From the NCBI GenBank assembly GCA_002189035.1, contig CM007992.1:3224001-3288000 (forward strand): a DNA stretch of 64,000 nt. Direction: 5' to 3'. The notes beneath the pieces are model-generated. The model saw only the letters and a list, made by a program, of their open reading frames with translations, made no database searches and had not been told where the DNA came from. Position numbers and translations under genes: made by a program. The stretch's first letter is position 1. Each line of letters begins with the position of its first letter. Below, in pieces: positions 57,901-64,000 of the stretch. The DNA comes from Utricularia gibba. Its lineage: Eukaryota > Plantae > Magnoliophyta.

Positions 57901-58761
57901 AAAGAGGAAACACACCTAGTAACATTACACAAACCCACACCAGTAGGAAATCAAAGCAAGAATTAAAAACACGCTATCACACAATACTATTCAATCCCAT
58001 TATCGACGAAATACTAACATTAAGATCAAAGTTTTCAGAAGAAAACCTTCTGGTCACCTGTGGGAACATCTAGGATGTAGATGCAACCCATAGGTTGGAT
58101 TTCACCAGCAAACTGCACTTCATTGTTCCTACAAAAAAAAAATTAGGGGCAGCGGTAACAATCCCATCATTCTGTATCTTATTCCGAAATTAAAATCGAT
58201 TACCTCTCGCCACAATGTGGACATTCAAAGGCGGATAACAGTATCTGAGACAGCGAATACAAAGAATGAAGCAGAGGAACCAACAATGTATCGCACAAAA
58301 TACTATTTTTTTACGGAAAATCCATTTTTTCATCACTGTATTCAAGATATAAGGGCATTGAGAAGCTCTTGCAGATCGTTCGACTAAAATTTACCTTTCT
58401 GAAATGCGGAATAATAGTCAATAAAAACCTAGTCACACCCTGCCAACACGAGCAAAGTTAGAAACAACGGATAATACACACACAAGGGTTTTTTATTAAC
58501 AATTCCGAGACCACCAACATAGAACTAGCACCTAAGGAACAATCATTGAACTAGAAAACGAACTCCCATTCCTTTAAAAAAAACATCCGAAAACTCTGCG
58601 GCAAAAAGAAAGATAAAGAATCATACGTTCTCCCCACAACGCATGCAAAGGCTCTCGATTTCATAAAGAGGAGCATCGGAAACTTCAGCAGAAACAGCTT
58701 CAACTACTGAACCAACGTCAACTATCGGAGACGCCGTCTGGGTTGTGGAGTTCCCCTCCAT
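54984..58761 (-). CDS. ZPR1: Zinc finger protein ZPR1
   Basis: In-frame multi-exon model: [10 protein letters not shown]|[15 protein letters not shown]|[43 protein letters not shown]|VKPGG, and terminal [17 protein letters not shown]. Confidence 0.95.
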
Positions 58762-58875
58762 TCCAGCCCAAAAAAGCTTGACAGTGGGACTGTTTACCTT
58801 CTGGTCCAACGGCACAACAGCAGTTCAGTTGAGAATGAAGGACGAATTCAAGATGTCGTCGACGAAAACCTGAAT

Positions 58876-58900
58876 TGGGCCTTTCCGATGGGCTTGGGCC
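58876..58900. promoter_or_regulatory. Three site II elements upstream of ZPR1
   Basis: TGGGCC at 58876, TGGGCT at 58889 and TGGGCC at 58895. Confidence 0.55.
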
Positions 58901-59251
58901 TTTACCAACGAGCTATAGATGGAGTTGCGAATTGCGATTGATTCAAAACCAAATCAGAATTGGCTGTCGACTTCAATTCTGATTTTAATTCGTAATCAAA
59001 TTTTTAAACCTTCAATCAAATTATAATCGGAATCAGAATCGGATGGTTTCGATTCGAATTTCGAACAACAGTTTTAAAAATGAAAAATGAAAATTTAATT
59101 ATGAAATAAAATAAATTTTATTTTTTAAAAAATGTAGATTAATTTCAAGGCACTTACATGAGCTCTTGCAAATACCTACAAAATGCATTTTTTTATGATT
59201 TTTTAAGCTATTAAAAAAGTTGTTAAAACTATCTAAAAATGATATTAAATG

Positions 59252-59468
59252 AGTGTTCTGTAAAATTTTTAAAATCTATTTCTATTTTTCAGAAGTAAAA
59301 ATATTTTTATTTTAAAATAATTTTAATTATAAAAATAATTATATCAAAAACATTTTAAAAATTATAACTACAAAAGTTATTTTTGGAAAATTAAGTATTT
59401 TATTTTTTTTATTTTTTATTTCTATTTTTCAAAAATAAAAACAATTTTCAAAAATTTTACAGAACACT
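59252..59468. mobile_element. Tourist-like MITE
   Basis: Perfect 19-bp inverted repeats agtgttctgtaaaattttt (59252-59270) / aaaaattttacagaacact (59450-59468) enclosing a non-coding AT-rich core. Confidence 0.65.
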
Positions 59469-60130
59469 ACTTAAAAATAAAGAATGTTTCGTCGAAGGTA
59501 CTTAATAAATGTATCTTTTTTAAAAATATTTTTTCACTCTCATAAACGATGTTAAGGATACTTGATATCATTTAAAAATGAAATTGACGATGCATCGATT
59601 TCGAACTGTCGATTCCATCAATTTTGCACGCAGTTTACTGATTCCAATTATGTTGGACTATATCAAAACTGTATATTGATGTAACTTTGAATCGAAAATC
59701 TAGGTGTCATCATCATATCAGTCATGCGGGCCCTGGATATCATTTTTTACCAAAATTGTAAAAATAATATACCTAATATAAATAATCAATCGAACAAAAT
59801 TAATCTCTATTAATTAGAAAAATCACATTTTTATCTCCTATAAATAATTTTATTATTTTTATAAATCCATATAATTAATCCCCAAAATGTAATTAATTTT
59901 TACAAAAACTGATTAACCCATTCATTAATTCTCCTAGAGATGCGGTCCGTAACACTTTTGCCATCAAAGATACAACAAATCTTGTACATATGTGCTCAAG
60001 AATAAGCCCAAATCGCTTGGTCCCTTCCAAATCATGCTGTTGCAGGAGGAGAAAGAATTTGACAGAAACAGAGAGATGGTACCGTATAGGTGTATGCACA
60101 GATATGAATTTAGAGCTATTCCCAGAAATT

Positions 60131-61465
60131 TCAGCCGCAAAGAATGTGGTTAGTGCCATAGCTAATAGCTTCAAGGTTTGGATCTGACATGTTGGTTACC
60201 CAGGGGCGAGCACCTTGTGATTCCCCTGCTAAGTTGTAGGCATAAGAAGGCCACTTAGCATTCATTCCACACATTTGTCTCCCACCCATGGCTATCATTC
60301 TCTGTGTTCGTTCCAGAACGATGAGGCTCGAAAAGGTTGAAAAGCTGTTGCCCACGAACACAGATGATCTAAGACAGACTTCATAATCAATAGCTGATTG
60401 AATCAGATATGGATGGTTTTTGTACAAATCAAGAACCCCCAGTTTTTTCTTTTCGAATGGGAATACTCCCTTGTCCCAGCCACTCAGTATGGAGTTATCT
60501 TCAAGAAGATCATCAGCAACTGCTAGGTAGACAGGGATAGGAGTTTTCAGGTCTGGAATGTTTGTCACTCTTTGCATAATCTGCGCCTTGCTGCTACATA
60601 TTTCACTTACATTGAGTCTTTGCTCTAGTTTCTTGCAGTGGATCATCCAATCCTTTTCGATTCTCATGTGAACCGCGACATACGGTACTTGCTCCGGCAT
60701 CAACTTTTTATTGTTGTTTGATAAACTGGATCCATGGGTTCCCTTGAATCCAATTTCCCTGATCCTTGACACCACTTTATCGGCTTCTTCTGATATTTTT
60801 CCATTCAATGCCAAGCACTGGAAGATCGTAGCATAATCTTTAACAGGCCATTGATCATGCCAAAGAAAAGGGTTCTTACCAACAACCTTGATGATCTCGT
60901 GTTTATCATAAGGATGGTTTCCAAACTGCTTCAACTGATCTAAATCTCTCTCAACCGTCCATCTCCTTCCACTCCCCTTTTGCATCTCCTTCACGTCTGT
61001 TAGGTTTGATACTTGAGAGTATCGCCCAAGTTGAACAAATCCCTTGCACGCAGAGTTGAAGAACTCAAATTGGAAGACCTCATCAAAGGGTATTGGTTGC
61101 AAAAGATCCATCTCCTTGTAAAACAGAGATGCACTCAAGCTAGGCATCAACAGTGTTCGATTGAGCATTCTTGCAGTTAAGCAAGCTCTAGCAAACGCAA
61201 TCTTTTGATTGTTCAAACCCCATACTATCTGAGGAACCTCCAAGAACTTGGATTTCTTGCTATAAACTTCTGAATGTAGCAACGCAGATGGCTGATAGAC
61301 AACAGCAACAAGACTGCTATCTAATATTCCACCACCCAAATCAAAATAACTGGAGAAAAAAGCCATACGAATAACCACAACAAAAACAACAAACATCCCG
61401 CATTTGCACAACGGGGATTTCAAAACCAGTCCAACGAATCTGAGCAGATCACGACTGAAGCTCAT
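60131..61465 (-). CDS. OFUT23: O-fucosyltransferase 23-like (GT65-related, type II membrane protein)
   Basis: Intronless 444-aa ORF with an N-terminal membrane anchor, IVWGLNNQKIAFARACLTAR, YVAVHMRIEKDWMIHCK and SAIDYEVCLRSSVFVGNSFSTFS. Confidence 0.9.
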   Translation of the reverse strand: MSFSRDLLRFVGLVLKSPLCKCGMFVVFVVVIRMAFFSSYFDLGGGILDSSLVAVVYQPSALLHSEVYSKKSKFLEVPQIVWGLNNQKIAFARACLTARMLNRTLLMPSLSASLFYKEMDLLQPIPFDEVFQFEFFNSACKGFVQLGRYSQVSNLTDVKEMQKGSGRRWTVERDLDQLKQFGNHPYDKHEIIKVVGKNPFLWHDQWPVKDYATIFQCLALNGKISEEADKVVSRIREIGFKGTHGSSLSNNNKKLMPEQVPYVAVHMRIEKDWMIHCKKLEQRLNVSEICSSKAQIMQRVTNIPDLKTPIPVYLAVADDLLEDNSILSGWDKGVFPFEKKKLGVLDLYKNHPYLIQSAIDYEVCLRSSVFVGNSFSTFSSLIVLERTQRMIAMGGRQMCGMNAKWPSYAYNLAGESQGARPWVTNMSDPNLEAISYGTNHILCG

Positions 61466-61764
61466 CTCATAGCAGAACCCAGATCACACCCACCTCAAAA
61501 TCCTCGAAAAACCACGGTTCCAAACAACAGATCCCACCAGCAGCCCATTCTCCCAGTAGAATCAAGATCCAAACGCCTAGTCTCCAAAATAACCAAACGA
61601 ATCCCGCACAAATAAACAAATCATTGAGCGCCTACCTCAATTCCCAGCCGAAATCAACAGAACTGCCTGTGAAGAAGGCAGCGGACGCTAATTGGGCTAC
61701 AAACCTCGTCCGAAGCTGCGGTGTCAGGATCCGCCCTGAATCTGAACTGTGCAGATGATTTCCG

Positions 61765-61858
61765 ATGAAATATCAAACGTGGGCCAAGCAATAAATAACC
61801 CAGAGAATGAAGTATGCAACGTGGGCCAAACAATGACCAATTTGGACACCCAGGCCCA
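61765..61858. promoter_or_regulatory. 42-bp tandem duplication carrying AACGTGGGCCAA (ACGT core plus site II) upstream of OFUT23
   Basis: aacgtgggccaa at 61776 and 61818, and GGCCCA at 61853. Confidence 0.55.
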
Positions 61859-62470
61859 CTTTAATCCACCATGTCAGTTCCCCCAATTTAGCAAGTCAAA
61901 TTTACATTTTTGTATACATTATTTAAATACATGACTTCATAAAGTACACTGACAAGTCAATGTATATAATAAGTAATATATTTCTTTTAAATGAGTCCGT
62001 TCAAAATTAAGTATAATTATATCAATTTTCGTATTCCACATTATAATTTATATAAATATTACACAATATCTAATTTGCATTATTGAATTCTCATGTGGTA
62101 TGATTACAAAAGATGAATTTGTAATGTCTAGATTAATCACATAACCGAAATAATAATGCAATAATCACGTAATTAAATGATATATATTATACAATGATCA
62201 AAAATCTTATAATTATGCGAAGTAAGTTCTCCAAACGTTATTATTCGAAATTTTGAATCATATATACTAACAACATTTCTAAAACAATATTTGTGCTTTT
62301 ACTTATATTAAAACTTATCATTTTTCTAGATTACAAACTATTCAAAACAGTATTCATAGGCATTATTTAGCACTAATAAGCAGCATACAAAGTAGTCTAA
62401 TGGTATAATCTGTACAACTTATTTTTCAACTTATGATTTTAAGTAGAAGTTAAAATTGCTTATTACAAAA

Positions 62471-62600
62471 CCACTTGACTTTTATTTATTTATAACTTCT
62501 ACTCAAACTTATACTTAACTTATACTTATTTTAAATTTGCCTACATTTCTACTTAAAACTCAACTTATTTAATAAGTTACATTTACCTTACTTATCAAAA
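62471..62600. repeat. Dispersed AT-rich repeat (MITE-like), copy B
   Basis: Reverse complement of 35034-35163 with few substitutions. Confidence 0.8.
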
Positions 62601-63090
62601 TAAGTCACCAACTTATTCCAACAAATGCATTCGCTTCCAATAAATCAAATCTGAACAAAATCGAAATATATTTGTTTCTTTATAAATAAATAATAAGTTG
62701 TATAGACCACAACTACTTATTTAAATTCTACTTATCAAATAGATTCTACTTATGAATTAAGTATAAGTTACAAAATAAGTGGTGTAGACTAAGTGTCAAT
62801 TAAGGATAATAAACAGTGTTTAGAACTCTTCTGAGCACCACTTAGTGATTATTACCAATGTTCATACTTCTGTCGATGCTGTTTAGTGATAAATAAACAA
62901 CATCCAAACCCCTTCAGTAGAAGGCTGGAAATTTCAAAACTATGTTGGGACAGCAAAAACTGAGAGGGGAAAACATTCCTGCAAATGACTAGGAGATATA
63001 GCCATTCAGAAAGCACAGTTCATCAAGAATGGCACCTGATCTTAAGAGAGAAAGTTAAGATAATGTCCACAGACACAAGGAAGTGAGGCT

Positions 63091-64000
63091 TTAAAATAGA
63101 GACCTGGATTGATCTTTTTTCCCAAGGATTGCTTCCCAAACAGAAGATGAGAACGGCCCTTTCTTGTCCAAATACTCCCTAGCTGCTTTCCCATCCACAA
63201 AGAAGCCTTTTTCCTTCATCTGTTCTACCAAAATTTTAGCTTCTTCCAGACCCTTTTCCTTGCAATACCCATCGACCAAGGCCGTGAAAGTGACCAAATT
63301 TGGTGAAAATCCAGCCTCCAGCATTCCAACTGTAAACCCCACTGCATCATCCAATCTTTTTCCACTGCATAGCCCCTGAATCAAAACCTGATAAGTGAAG
63401 GCGTTTGGGGTCACCCCATTTGACAGCATTTTCTTGAAAACTCTCATGGCATCATCATGCTTGTGAGCTTTGCAAAAACCTTCCACCACAGCAGTGTACA
63501 CGACCACCTCCGGGATTGAACCCTTCTCGCGCATCAGACCGAACAGCTTAAGGGCATCTTGCACCAGTCCGTCTTTACATAAACCATCAAGCATAGCAAC
63601 GGCATTTGGGATCAAACCCGTCTCCTTCATCTTCCTGAATATCTCCTCTGCATCTTCCGGAGGTGGTAAAGCTTCCTCCTTCTCAGATTTCTGAGGCTCA
63701 GAAATCTTGTCCGCAGAACTGACATCCCGACCCTCGGAACGACGATCGAAGCCAAGTTTGAATCTTTCGAGAAAATCGGCATCACTCTCCCCCTTAAAAG
63801 AACTCAGGCTCCCAGAAACATCACGAACGCGGTTGGTTTTCGGGAATCGGTCGTTCCGAGGGGGGTTTGACTGTCCTCTCAGTGGGCGATTGGGAATTGG
63901 TTCTGGGGGTGGGTGAGAATGCCCAGAAGCATCATCAACCAAGGAAAATAATCGTAAATTCCGACCAAATTGAACCACAGAAGGGACTCTAAGCTTCGTT
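63091..64000 (-). CDS. P-class PPR protein, At4g38150-like; 5' end beyond the right edge
   Basis: PPEPIPNRPLRG, FLERFKLG, EIFRKMKETGLIPNAVAMLDGLCKDGLVQ, PEVVVYTAVVEGFCKA and WEAILGKK. The frame stays open to base 64000. Confidence 0.92.
   Translation of the reverse strand, partial: TKLRVPSVVQFGRNLRLFSLVDDASGHSHPPPEPIPNRPLRGQSNPPRNDRFPKTNRVRDVSGSLSSFKGESDADFLERFKLGFDRRSEGRDVSSADKISEPQKSEKEEALPPPEDAEEIFRKMKETGLIPNAVAMLDGLCKDGLVQDALKLFGLMREKGSIPEVVVYTAVVEGFCKAHKHDDAMRVFKKMLSNGVTPNAFTYQVLIQGLCSGKRLDDAVGFTVGMLEAGFSPNLVTFTALVDGYCKEKGLEEAKILVEQMKEKGFFVDGKAAREYLDKKGPFSSSVWEAILGKKDQSRSLF

Noticed and set aside
63976-63978. GTG start codon for the last PPR
   Set aside because: The frame is open to the window edge, so the real ATG lies outside the window.
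1-64000. CRISPR arrays, rRNA, tRNA, operons, intact retrotransposons or organellar insertions
   Set aside because: None were recognised. The sequence is intron-containing plant nuclear DNA, and its repeats are gene duplications, microsatellites or MITE-sized elements.

Overview
Eukaryotic nuclear DNA from a flowering plant, not prokaryotic. About 21 genes or gene remnants are packed into 64 kb, most introns are about 70-100 nt, and the spacers are very AT-rich. This suggests a strongly compacted eudicot genome, probably an asterid (Lamiales) from the terpene synthase sequences; Lentibulariaceae is a plausible guess but unproven. Most short ORFs in the supplied track are spurious exon/intron read-throughs or antisense shadows, so I rebuilt gene models by hand from GT/GC-AG junctions. 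Left to right: AED1-like aspartic protease (cut by the window edge), E-class PPR, a Brf1-C-terminal-domain-only gene, a THI74/YML018C-like DMT transporter, two tandem kaurene-synthase-like (TPS-e) class I terpene synthases (copy 1 broken, copy 2 intact), a C-terminally truncated PPR followed by a mosaic of captured gene fragments, PGR3, a small membrane protein, a PLD3/4-like secreted HKD enzyme, KCS10/FIDDLEHEAD, a RanBP2 zinc-finger protein, an uncharacterised plastid protein, DRG2, LEUNIG, QCR10, EXO84C (with an apparent 1-nt frameshift), ZPR1, O-fucosyltransferase 23 and an At4g38150-like PPR (cut by the edge). The most unusual part is 13.6-25 kb. The terpene synthase pair appears identical over about 1.6 kb of the non-catalytic 5' half but has diverged over the catalytic half and has unrelated promoters. 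Next to it is a junction holding an inverted, decayed copy of the EXO84C last exon from 26 kb away and a third terpene synthase 3' end. No rRNA, tRNA, CRISPR array or intact transposase was recognised. All identities come from recalled family motifs; no database search was run.
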